Positions 1 through 11,431 of a stretch of DNA of 64,000 nt are shown piece by piece. Each line of letters opens with the position of its first letter. Positions within the stretch are counted from its first letter, which is position 1. Position numbers and translations under genes: made by a program. Where the stretch lies: the NCBI RefSeq assembly GCF_046119375.1, contig NW_027362771.1, forward strand, positions 378,448,001 to 378,512,000, read 5' to 3'. A model generated the notes under the pieces. It saw nothing but the letters and a program-made list of their open reading frames with translations. It was not told the DNA's origin and did no database searches. This DNA is from Phyllobates terribilis (lineage: Eukaryota).

Positions 1-429
1 AGCTGCGTGTTAGACGGCACCGCTGTTGCTGTGTGCGCTATACTTTCAATGTTAATTTCAAGCCAATTTTATCAGAAATATACAGATACCTTGGGACGAA
101 GGGATAATTGTGATTGCAGTCCTTTTGAGGACTAGGTTAAAGCATTTCCTACGACTTTTAGCAGGCAGGTCTGTGCTCTTAAATAGATAGGTTGGGAGTA
201 GGGTCTACTTGTAATTGCAGTCCTTTTGAGGACTAGGTTACAACATTTCCTAGGACTTTTTGCCAGGCAGGTCTGTGCCAGTGCTGTGCAAGTGTTTTTC
301 ACAACATTTGGCTAAATCTAGCTAAGCAAATCCTTTTTGGCCTCTTGCAGTGTGTGTTAGTCAGTGGAGTAGCGTATCTGTGTTGAAAGCTACACCACCT
401 GTGTATAGAATACATTTTTTTTACTGCAC

Positions 430-935
430 CTAGCCAAGTAAAACCTTTTGGGCATAGCATCATTCTATTAGGCCATCTATACTAAGCTCCACTAGCTTGC
501 AAATTACTAATAATTTTATCTGCATCTAGCTCGGAAAATAATTTTGGGCTTGTAGCAGTGTGTGGGACTTATTCTATTAGTCCATCTATACTAAGCTCCA
601 CCAGATTGCAAATTACAAATAATTTTTAGCTGCATCTAGCTCGGAAAATAATTTTAGGCATAGTAGCAGTGTGTGGTACTCATTCTATTAGGCCATCTAT
701 ACTAAGCTCCACCAGCTTGCAAATTACAAATAATTTTTAGCAGCATCTTGTCTGGAAAATAATTTTGGGCATAGTAGCAGTGTGCGGTACTCATTCTCTT
801 AGGCCATCTATACTAAGCTCCACCAGCTTGCAAATTACAAATAATTTTTATCTGCATCTAGCTCGGAAAATAATTTTGGGCTTGTAGCAGTGTGTGGGAC
901 TTATTCTATTAGTCCATCTATACTAAGCTCCACCA
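430..935 (+). repeat. 109-111 bp tandem repeat, about 4.5 copies, upstream of hAT1 transposase
   Basis: AAATTAC(A/T)AA recurs at 501, 610, 721 and 832, with shared GCATCT..GGAAAATAATTTTGGGC..GTAGCAGTGTG..CCATCTATACTAAGCTCCACCAG. Confidence 0.95.
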
Positions 936-1085
936 CCTGTGTATGTAATAAAATTGTTTTACTGAATCTAACCCAGCCAATCCTTTTGGGCTAATACCAC
1001 AGTTTGGCCACTCAGCTCTGCTCAGTTCCCATCCATCGTTTTTTGTGCAAACAACTACAGAGTTGTCAATTAGTTAATCACCAAA

Positions 1086-4000
1086 ATGAGTGGAAAAAGG
1101 CCTGCTGCTGGTGGAAAGGGGAATAGGCGTGTTGGGAAGGAAAAAAAGGTTGTGTCCATGGGGTAGGTGTTAAAGCAACAGTAACATCTGCAGAAGAAAG
1201 ACCATCTTCCAGCCAAACTAAGATGTCTATTTCTTTTAGCGGACAATGTGATACGATCCCTTTCTTATGGCCACGCCAATCGCTACAAATTCCAGATGAG
1301 GCACAAAAACAGCAGGTGCTTCAACGAATATCAAGTGCTCCTTTAAGTGGACTCTCCTCCACCTCAACTTCAACATCACAAATACTCCAGTCCTCAGAGG
1401 TGTCACCCCAATCGCACTTGCTTCCTCAAGTCTCCAGCTGCCCGTCTGAGTACGGGGTAGAACAGATGGTTGAGTCTGCAGAGGTGTTTACTCATACTAT
1501 AGCCTGGGAATCAGAGGTCAGCTCCACAGCTTCTGTGAATCCAGACGAGGAAATGATCTGCACTGATGCCCAGAATCTTTATGAGTCAGATCCAGGACCA
1601 GACGCAGAAGGTTCTGACCATAATGTAGACCCTCATTCCCAAACTGTAATTCCTGTTGGTGGAGACAATGAGGAAGACGATGATGAGACTCAAATACCTG
1701 ATTGGAGAGACAACTTTAGTTTTTTGTCAGGGCAGGAAGAGGTTGGCTCTGAGGACGACGGGTGTGAGAACACACAGGGTGATGATGACGAGGTTGCAGA
1801 TCCCACTTACTGTCAACCCACAGTCAGCCAGTCGATGAGGTCAGCAGAGGAGGTGGAGGAGGATGCTAGTGACGATGAGGTCAGGTTGCGCCTTCCTGGA
1901 CAGAGACGTAGTACTGGAAGCACGTCAACAACTGCATCCTCAAACACAACTCTACCTCTGACCACAAGTCGTGGTGGCTCTTCAGGTCGCATGGGTGCTA
2001 AGCCTTGCATAGCCTGGGCATTTTTTCAGATCGATAAGAATGACCCAACTCATGTTATCTGTAACATTTGTCACCAAAAGCTAAGTAGAGGCCAAAAATC
2101 CATAGTTTGAGTACTTCATGCATGAACCGTCACATGGATATGAAGCATAAGTTGCAGTGGGAAGCTCACTGTGCTACAATGCGCCTAACGGGCCGGGCCA
2201 ACCACCGTCTGCCCCATCTTGTGCATCCGCGGCCTCTTCATCCTCTGTGACTGGGGGGACAGCAGTCACACCATTTTTGGGACGCAGACCTGCCACCTCT
2301 TTACCTGCAACAGCGTGATTGGCAGGTCATCATTTTATTTGGAGGTGGAAACACCAGCTGTCCGACATTGAGAGCACCACCTTTGGATCAAGGCAACCTA
2401 ACATGTCCGCCTGCATCTTCCTCACAGACCGGCATTTTACCGGGGACACCCTTCTCAACCCCGTCTAAGCACAACAGCCAGCCCTCAGTCCCTCAGATGT
2501 GGACAAGTAAAAGACCATTTCCCCCTAGCCATGAGAAAGCTAAGAGGTTGAATTTCACCATCTGCAAGCTCTTGGCTACAGAAATACTGCCTTTCCGCCT
2601 GGTGGACACAGAGGATTTTCGAGACCTTATGTCCGTCGCAGTGCCCCAGTACCAGATGCCCAGTCGGCACTACTTCTCAAAGAAAGGTGTGCCTGCGCTC
2701 CACCAGCATGTCGCACACAACATCACTGCTTCTTTGAGAAACTCTGTGTGTGACAGGGTGCATTTCACCACAGACACTTGGACGAGTAGGCATGGACAGG
2801 GGCATTACATGTTGCTGACTGGGCACTGGGTAACTATGGTGACAGCAGGACATGGGGCTGCTGTCCAAGTCTTGCCATCCCCACGAGTTGTGGGTCAATC
2901 CTCTTTATCTCGAAGTTCCTCCACTACTTCTGCCTCCTCAACCTCCTCTCGGTTCTCCACCTGCACCCAAAGCCTGTCTGGTCATGCCACACGCTTTCTA
3001 ACTGGGCAGAAGGGATCCTCCTTACTATGCTGGCAGCAGGGCTCAACGTCATCAGGCGGTTATTACTTTGAAATGTCTGGGAAATGTGAGTCACACAGCT
3101 GAGGAGTTCTGGTCAGCTCTGGAGAACCAGTTTCATGAATGGTTGTCTCCACTGGACCTGAAACCAGGGAAGGCCGTGTGCGACAATGCTGCAAACCTCG
3201 GTGCGGCCCTTCGCCGGGGCAATGTCACACACGTGCCTTTTATGGCTCACGTGTTGAACCTGGTTGTCTAGCAATTTTTAGCCCACTATCCCGGACTAGA
3301 TGGCCTTCTGTAGAGGGCACGGTCGCTGTGTGCTCACTTCCGCCGTTCGCATCCCGCAGCTCAGCGACTTACATCTCTACAGAGGTCGTTGGGCCTGCCA
3401 CTTCACAGGCTAAAATGAGATGTGCCTACCCGGTGGAATTCAACTCTGCACATGTTGCAGCGACTGTGGCAGCACCGACAAACCCTGGTGCAATAATTTC
3501 TGACGTATAGCCTGGGCCAACGGGATCCAGAGGTGGGGCAAATCACGCTGGAGGAGTGGTCTCAGATCAGGGACCTATGCACCCTTCTGCACAGTTTTGA
3601 AAAGGCGACGAAGAGGTTTAGTGCTGACGATGCCATTATCAGCATGACTATTCCGGTGATTTACATGCTGGAGCACATGTTAAACAGAATTCGGAGTCAG
3701 GTGGTGGCACAAGAGGAGGTGGAGGAAGTAGAGGAGGTGGCGTTGTATGCGGAAGGGCTAACATCTGCAAGGTCCAGACGGTCGGCAGCACCAAGGCGGC
3801 AGGCATATGAGGGTGGGGGGAGATGGATTTACCAGGGCGCATGGTAGCAGCCAAACTAGTGAGGAAGGTGCAGGAGCCCAGGAAGGAGTGGAGGACGAAC
3901 TGATGGAAGACTCATCAGATGAGGGAGACCTTGATCACATTTCTGTTGTGCGAGGTTGGGGAGAGAGGGCAGAGGAAGGAAGCATGATTGTTACCTCGCC

Positions 4001-4751
4001 ACCAACACAACAGGGACTTGGTGCTCATGGATGCGCAAGACACATGAGTGCCTTCTTGCTGCACTACCTGCAACACTACCCTCGAATTGTCAGAATTCGA
4101 AATAATCCTGACTATTGGGTTGCCACACTCTTAGATCCCCGGTACAAAAGTAAATTTGCCGAAATAATTCCTGCCATAGAAAGGGATTCACGCATGCAGG
4201 AGTATCAGCAGAGACTGTTGCAGAATCTTACATGTGCTTTTCCATAAAACACCAGTGGTGCACGTAGTGAATCTCACAGTTCTAACTTGCCAACCGTGGG
4301 ACTGTCGAGTGTTCAGCACTCAAACCGTAACAGAAACACAGTATCTGCTGGTAACAGCAATTTTGCGGAATCATTTCACAGCTTTTTTAGCCCATCCTTT
4401 GCAAGGCCACAGGAGACAAGAAGTCTGACACATAGTCAACGCCTAGAGACGATGGTACAGCAGTATCTCCAAGTAAACATCGAAGCCATGACTGTGTCAC
4501 TGGACCCTTGCTCTTTTTGGGCTTCCAATCTGGATAAATGGCCGGAGCTCACCACTTACGCCTTGGAGATCTTGTCATGCCCCGCAGCCAGCGTTCTCTC
4601 TGAACGTGTGTTCAGCGCTGCTGGTGGTGTGCTGACAGATAAGCACACGCGGCTGTCCACTGATCATGTAGACAGACTCACGTTCATAAAGATGAACAAA
4701 TTCTGGATCCGCAAGGACTTTTCTACCCTTGTGTCATCCTGGGGAGAGTAA
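1086..4751 (+). pseudogene. hAT (BED-finger, DDE) transposase pseudogene
   Basis: ATG at 1086, acidic N-terminus, BED finger (WAFF..VICNIC), TTDTWTS and CDNAANL catalytic motifs, LLDPRYK, and dimerisation domain (WPEL..SERVFS..FIKMN). Split over at least 6 ORFs by stops and frameshifts. Confidence 0.95.
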
Positions 4752-4796
4752 AAGCTTGAGGATTTCATAAAATCACCTCACCAACCGTTTTAAGCT

Positions 4797-5207
4797 TTCA
4801 AATTACTAACAATTTTTAGCTGCATCTTGTCTGGAAAATAATTTTGGGCCTGTAGCAGTGTGCGGTACTCATTCTATTATGCCATCTATACTAAGCTCCA
4901 CCAGCCTGCAAATTACTAATAATTTTTAGCTGCATCTTGTCTGCAAAATAATTTTGGGCCTGTAGCAGTGTGAGGTACTCATTCTATTATGCCATCTATA
5001 CTACGCTCCACCAGCTTGCAAATTACTAATAATTTTTAGCTGCATCTTGTCTGGAAAATAATTTTGGGCCTGTAGCAGTGTGTGGTACTCATTCTATTAT
5101 GCCATCTATACTAAGCTCCACCAGCTTGCAAATTAATAATAATTTTTAGCTGCATCTTGTCTGGAAAATTATTTTGGGCATAGTAGCAGTGTGTGGTACT
5201 CATTCTA
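4797..5207 (+). repeat. 110 bp tandem repeat, about 3.7 copies, downstream of hAT1 transposase (same unit and orientation as 430-935)
   Basis: AATTA(C/A)TAA at 4801, 4911, 5021 and 5131; near-identical units. Confidence 0.95.
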
Positions 5208-5629
5208 ACTAACCGTTTTAAGCAACTCTGGGGCAATTGATGCCACTTAAGTGGTGTCTGTGCCACAAATTTTTGGAAAAAATGGAGACTCTTTTTGGAG
5301 TCCCCTTGCTTTGTTTTACGTGACGTTGCCATCATCAATTAGAGGTGGGTTGGGTCTCCCCCCCTACCTTTTAATCGTAAGAAAATACATACACTATGTC
5401 TTGGGGTAACACCGATGGTTGAGTCTGAAGAGCTGTTTACTCAGAGGTCTGCTCCAAAGCTTCAGTGTCTGCTAGTCAGCGTAGTAACCCAGCTGTGAAG
5501 CAAGCTGCACCGCCTGTGTATCTAATAATGATTTTTAAATGCATCTAGCCTAGGCAGACTGTGGGGGCCCCTAACCAAACCCAGACACTCAGCCCCCTAA
5601 CACCCCCCTTTCATTGACAATAGAATCAT

Positions 5630-6380
5630 GTAACTCTTACAACTGGATGGGTGAGGATCGGTCACAGCTTTATTAACTGTTTATACTCATTCCATTAGAA
5701 ATGCATTTTATTTCTAAAATAATTCAGCTTGTTGCAGCATGTCCTGTGTCTCCAGTCTCCACAACGGCAAGTTGGCCAACAAGTGTAACTCTCCAACAAG
5801 TCCTTTCTATTTCCAGGCCACGGAGGATCCTGCTTACTCGTATGCAGGACTCTGACCCCCATCCATCACTCTTAACGCTTGTTCCACTCCGTCCTGGAGT
5901 CCTGACAGTAATATGTCCAGTCCAATATCCATTAAGTGTTTATCTCCTTCCAGTTGTCGGTGTCGTATCACTACACAGCCTCTGTCTCTTATAAATTTTG
6001 CCATCCGAATATTTATTACCTGCCTTGTCCGTTCGATGGCCGTGATGTCTCACGCACCTTGCCATACCGTTCTCGGCACAATCTCTGACCATACTATAGT
6101 TAGTTTTGTGAAAAATTCTCTGAAGCGCTTAGTTTCTAGTTTCATTATTGCCATTAGTTATGCGCTCTTGTGATAAGCTATGTCGTTTCCCCCGGCCTGT
6201 ATAACTAAGATGACCGGACCTCTTGCCTCTCTCCCTACCTTGATTACCTCCATTAGTACCTGTGGCCATTGCAGGCCTCTAATACCTCTCCAGTTCAAAT
6301 ATGTGTTATGAAACTCCAATTTCCTCCCGCCTGGGCGGACTTTCACCCTTCTTTCTGCACAATATATATACGAGTTCTTA
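5630..6380 (-). mobile_element. SGNH-hydrolase ORF fragment plus 3' tail, probably from an Ngaro/DIRS-type tyrosine-recombinase retrotransposon
   Basis: Minus frame reads SYIYCAERR..WRGIRGLQW..VILVIQAGGNDI (GxND block)..WSEIVPR..HLMDIGLDIL, followed by an AATAAA-containing tail. The family assignment is recalled, not searched. Confidence 0.65.
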
Positions 6381-6587
6381 ATCATTGCGTAGCATAAAAA
6401 AGCAAGGAAGTGGTATTTATATGTCATGTCCTGCTATGCACCTGTTCAAGGAGTTAATCAGAAATTTAAACACACATACCATGTTAAAATCGTATAGCAT
6501 AGAAACAATGCATATAAATGTAAATAATCCAAAAGAAAAAGAAAAGAAGAAAAAAGGAACATATATATAATAATAATCTATAAATGA

Positions 6588-6722
6588 TCACTCATAATGA
6601 TACATCAAATCATGTCTGATGTTTAAACCCGCTGGTACACGTGTATTTAAAGTATAAATCCACCAACTTTCTCTATTAAGGAGCTTTCTCCTATAATCAT
6701 CCACCAAATCTCCACCAATCGC
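6588..6722 (-). mobile_element. Penelope-like element GIY-YIG endonuclease C-terminus fragment
   Basis: Minus frame IGGDLVDDYRRKLLNRESWWIYTLNTRVPAGLNIRHDLMYHYE* fits the LLxRExxWIxxLxTxxPxGLN end of PLE ORFs. Confidence 0.75.
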
Positions 6723-6944
6723 CACTGCCCACGGAGGGGCCACCACAGTCAGTGACTCCTTCCTTATTTAGTATAGAGTCTACCAATACTTTGGGCGTAT
6801 TAGCCCAGCTGCGAAGCAAGCTGCACCGCCTGTGTATCTAATGAGAATTTTTAACTGCATCTAGCCTAGGCAGACTATGGGGACCCCCAACCAAACCCAG
6901 ACGCTCTGCATCTAACCCAGCCAATCATTTGATAGCATTGCTAG

Positions 6945-7215
6945 TAGCAGAGTCGCATGGGCTCTAAACCTTGCATAGCCTGTGCATTTTTTCAGATCGC
7001 TAAGGATGACCCAACTCGTGTTATCTGTACCATTGGTCACCAAAAGCTAAGTAGAGGCCAAAAAATACATAGTTTGAGTACTTCATGAATGAACTGTCAC
7101 ATGGGTATGAAGCATAAGTTGCAGTGCGAAGCTCACTGTGCTACAATGCGGCCTAGCGGGCCGGGACAACCACCATCTGCCCCACCTGTGTCATCCTGGG
7201 GAGACTAAAAGCTAC
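6945..7215 (+). mobile_element. Internally deleted second copy of hAT1-family transposase (BED finger joined to stop-codon region)
   Basis: 6950-7185 aligns to 1985-2215, then jumps to TGTGTCATCCTGGGGAGA.TAAAAGCT matching 4731-4757. Confidence 0.9.
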
Positions 7216-7958
7216 TGCGTAGTCTTTTCCAAAATGTTAGGGAATTACTACGGGAATGGTTTGGAAGAGGTATAAGAGTTTAGGTAGGATGTTCATTTTT
7301 AGTATACTTATTCTGCCGAACCAGGAAAAATCCTTCACCGTCCAAGAAGTAAGATCTTTATGGAGTTGTTCAATAAAGGGCCCAAAATTAAGATAAAATA
7401 GACGGGAGAGGTCTCTATGAATACGAATTCCTAAGTATTTGATACCCTGTGAGGGCCAGGCAAAGGGAAAGTTGGACTGGATGGAATCCTGTATGTATTT
7501 GGGGAGGGAGACATCGAGGGCCTCAGACTTCGCTGCATTGATTTTAAAATTTGACCATGTAACAAAGTGATCTATTTCAGCCATAAAAGCAGGGATGGAT
7601 ATATGCGATTGAGTGATATATACTAGGACATCATCAGCAAATGCAGAGCACTTGTACTCGGTGCCTCCCACCTCAATCCACCTAATATTGGGGTTATCGC
7701 GAATTGATGAGAGCAGGTGCTCCATCACTAGGATGTATATGAGAGGGGACAGAGGACATCCCTGCCTTGTCCCATTGGTGATTATGAAAGGTGATGAAAA
7801 CGTTCCATTTATCTTCAGCCTAGCTGACGGATTGCGATACAGGGCCGTGATTTTGGCTATAAAAGGGTCCCCTAGACCCCTACCCCAAGCTTTTTAAGAG
7901 AATAATATATGGCGTGCCAGGAGACTCTATGGAATGCTTTCTCAGCATCCAACGAGAG
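7216..7958 (-). mobile_element. L1-clade LINE reverse transcriptase fragment
   Basis: SLDAEKAF.RV.W, GTRQGCPLSP, FADD, KYLGI, GRISILKMNILPKLLYLFQTIP. Confidence 0.93.
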
Positions 7959-8072
7959 TATCTAATTACAAATTTTTAACTGCATCTAGCCCAGGCAATA
8001 CTTTGGACCTAGTAGCAGTGTCTGCTAGTCAGCGGATTATCCCACCTGTTAAGCAAGCTACACCACCTGTAG

Positions 8073-8326
8073 TTTGGACACTTAATTTTTTCAAAGGAAA
8101 TGCTTCGGGCCCCCGGGACACTCAGTGAAGAGCATCGGGGAGGCACCCAAAGGCACAGGGGCTGGGACTGGCAGTAGGACGCCTTGCGGCGGACCGCCTA
8201 GCTTTTTAACTGCAGCAGCTTTAGTGGATGCTACTGGAGCTGGAATTCCCACGGCTGCTGGCATCAGACTTGCCCTCCAATAGATCCTTTTAAAAGGATT
8301 TAAAGTGTACTCATTCAAATTACAGA
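8073..8326 (-). pseudogene. 18S rRNA gene fragment (diverged, with a short internal deletion)
   Basis: rc reads CTGTAATTTGAATGAGTACACTTTAAATCC..TTGGAGGGCAAGTCTGATGCCAGCAGCCGTGGGAATTCCAGCTCCA..GTTAAAAAGCT..GGCCCGAAGC..CTTTGAAAAAATTA, matching the universal 18S GTGCCAGCAGCCGCGGTAATTCCAGCTCCA region and its 3' flank. Confidence 0.93.
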
Positions 8327-9385
8327 GACAATTTAAATTAAAAAGCTTAGACCTGCCTCCACCGCAGGGGGGCTCGCTCGACCCACCAGCGGACAGGCGC
8401 CAGTATTGGGAGAGGGTGGCTGGCCGTCAGGGTCCACCGCAGCTCTGGCACAAACCCGGCGACACGGAGGTCGCACGGGCAGGAACGGACTGGCTGTGTC
8501 AGCTTCGCACTTTTTTTGTTTTAGAAGGGCATGACATGCCTATATCTGTGTCTCCCCCTCCTTTTACTCCTCCACCTCTTTTCTTTTCGCATGACTATAT
8601 GTACTTGTCACTGTTTTCTATGTGTTTCTATGTGTTTTTGTTTGCCTGCCATTGGTTTTAACGGTGTTCGACGGTGTTCGACGAACAGTTCGGCGAACAC
8701 ACGGGTGTTCGACGAACCGAACCGAACTCGAACACTACGGGGGTGGCTCAACTCTATCCCTAAATAAAGGGATAATTTTTGGACGGCTTGTAAAATAAAA
8801 ACTATCACTTCTTTATTTAGAAAAGAACAAAGCTCTTGATACTACACAAACTGGGTTCATTTTTGCCCACACCATGTGAAAAAGCCACGGCTTCTTCTGT
8901 TTGCACCACGTACAGTGTGTGTAGTTACTTAGGCCGATGGTTACCATTGATCATCATGTGTTTTCCGCTAGACAGATAGGTTGAGATCACATGGACATTA
9001 ATAAGGCTGTGTTTGCATTACAGAGATCAAAACAGGTTCAATACACACCTAGGAGACCTCAGATTGTTATACATGTACTTTCTGGACAATTAGAGGCTTT
9101 ACAGCATTGCAAGTTGCACACATTGAATTTTTGGGGAGAATTCAAATTTCAAATGATCAACTCATCTCCAATAGCATGTAATAGCAGCTTGGAAAGCAGA
9201 AAAAAATTAATTCTGTGATGATTCCACAACTTCATACCATAGTCTAAAGTAACTTGCCATACTCCAATCTGCCAATATTTTCTTTTATTTTGGGTTAACA
9301 TCCTCAAGACATCTTTTGGAAAAAAATATTGACTTTTTTATTTTTAAAGCACTGGTAAACTTTCTCTCCAATGTATTACCATTAA

Positions 9386-9935
9386 AGGGGTTTTCCCCAC
9401 GAACAAAAGTTCATTTTAATCAGTAGATCTTGGAATAATAATAAGTTCCACAATTGGATGTGTTTAAATAAAATGTTCCTGTGATGAGATAATCTTATAA
9501 ATGTTCCCCTGCTATGTACAGTGTAATTGCTGTGTCTGACCGTGCAGGAACATGGTCTGATCATACCACAGCTCCTGGGCAGGGGAGGAGAAAAAAAGTA
9601 TACAGACTTTTCAGCATGGGATCAAAAATGATTTTTTCTTTGAAGTAAAACATTGTTTAAAAACAGGAAGTGAAATGTTTTACCTCACAAAAAGAATCAG
9701 CTGTGATCCCATGCTGTAATGTCTGTATACTCTTTTGCTTCCTGCCCCTTCCCAGGAGATGTGGTATGATCAGACCATGTTCCTGCATGGTCAGACACAG
9801 CCATTACACAGTGCACAGAAGGGGCACATTTATAAGATTATCTCAGCACAGAAACATTTTATTTAATCCCATCCAATTGTAGAAGTTATTATTATTCCAA
9901 AATCTATTGAGTAAAATGTTTGTGGGAATACCCCT
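9386..9935. mobile_element. T2/Kolobok-type foldback MITE, inverted repeat over nearly its whole length
   Basis: TTAA|AGGGGTTTTCCCCAC...GTGGGAATACCCCT|TCAA; left and right arms are reverse complements for about 270 bp. Confidence 0.85.
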
Positions 9936-11431
9936 TCAAATAGCTCAGTTATTAAATTCATTACTTAGTAAATTAGCAGCATTCTCACAATAAATTATAT
10001 TATACAGTGGGTATGGAAAGTATTCAGACCCCTTTAAATTTTTCACTCTTTGTTTCATTGCAAATTGTACATTGTTAAAAGTTCATTTTTTCTCAATAAA
10101 GTACACTCTATACCCCATCTTGACTAAAAAAAAAACAGAAATGTAGAAATTTTTGAAAATTTATTAAAAAATAAAAACTGAAATATCACATGGTCATAAG
10201 TAGTGATGAGCGAGCATCTCACTGCTCGAGATGCTCAGCGCTCGCTGAGTACTCGGGTTCCCACCCTGCATGTTTGGCGCTTTTTAGAGAGCCAATAAAC
10301 ATGCAGGGATTGCCTGCCATGCACTGTAATGCCGTAGCCATGTTGGTTGTGGGCATTACAGTGATTGGCTGGCCGCACAGCGTCATCAGGTCTATATCAG
10401 ACCTGGCGCCGCCATGCTCGTCACAGCCACTCTGGATCAGACAGTGTAGGGAGAGCTGCTGCTGTGTCAGGGAGAAATTTGATCGTGTATTAGGTAGTGT
10501 AGGGAGAAAAAACATACATTACACATATCCATCTTAACAAACAGTCCTTCTGAGGACTAATCCATCTGCAGAGATATCAGGCAGGCAGGGTGTATAGTCA
10601 GGCGGTGTATATAGCAGACTGCAGTGCATATAGCACAAGAGGCTCCATTCCAATTCTGCCTTCTGCTACTGTTAGATATTTATATACAAAGGCCCAGGTC
10701 TCAGGGGCCAGGAATACTATTCTTTGGATTTTAATCCTCATTATTTGCTTAAAAAGCAACCCAGAGAACACCGTTTTTCTGTGCCATTTGCTTGTTTTGG
10801 GAGAGGTGCTGCTGCGTCAGGGACAGATTTGCTTGTGTATTAGGTAGTGTAGGGAGAAAAACCGTACATTACACATATCCATCTTAACAAACAGTCCTTC
10901 TGAGGACTAATCTATCTGCAGAGATATCAGGCAGGCAGGGTGTATAGGCAGGCAGTGTATATACAGTAGCAGACTGCAGTGCATATAGCACAAGTGGTTC
11001 CATACCAGTTCTACCTTCTGCTGCTGTTAGAGATATTAGGTCTCAGGGGCCAGGAATACTTTTCTTTGGATCTTAACACTCATTATTTGCTTAAAAAGCA
11101 ATCCAGAGAACAAAATTTTTTCTGCACCATTTGCTTGTTGGCACTGCAGAATACAGCCAGGTCCTTTCCATATTAGAGCGCTAGAAATCCATCTATTTAA
11201 AAACTGTGTTTTCTCCATCAAACGGATCACATACACGTTGTCAGAAAATACTGCCATTTCTGGCCTCCATTAAAAATTTCCTTTAGTGTGTCATTGAAGC
11301 AATTCACCGCAGTTTGGTGTTCAAACTACTTACCTAAAGGCCAGGTATTTAAAACTCTGTTTTTCACATATAAGTTCGCTCCAAACTCAGTCATTTGTAG
11401 TGAGCGTGGAAGATACTGTCCTCCATTTAAA

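Larger units (their letters stand above)
1..8756 (+). mobile_element. hAT DNA transposon 1 (left end outside window), degenerate, with mosaic 3' arm
   Basis: Transposase remnants at 1086-4751. Right end GCTCAACTCTA at 8746-8756 (rc TAGAGTTGAGC, same terminal pattern as the other hATs here), preceded by a CGAAC/GTTCG array at about 8660-8735. No matching left TIR was found inside the window. Confidence 0.8.
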
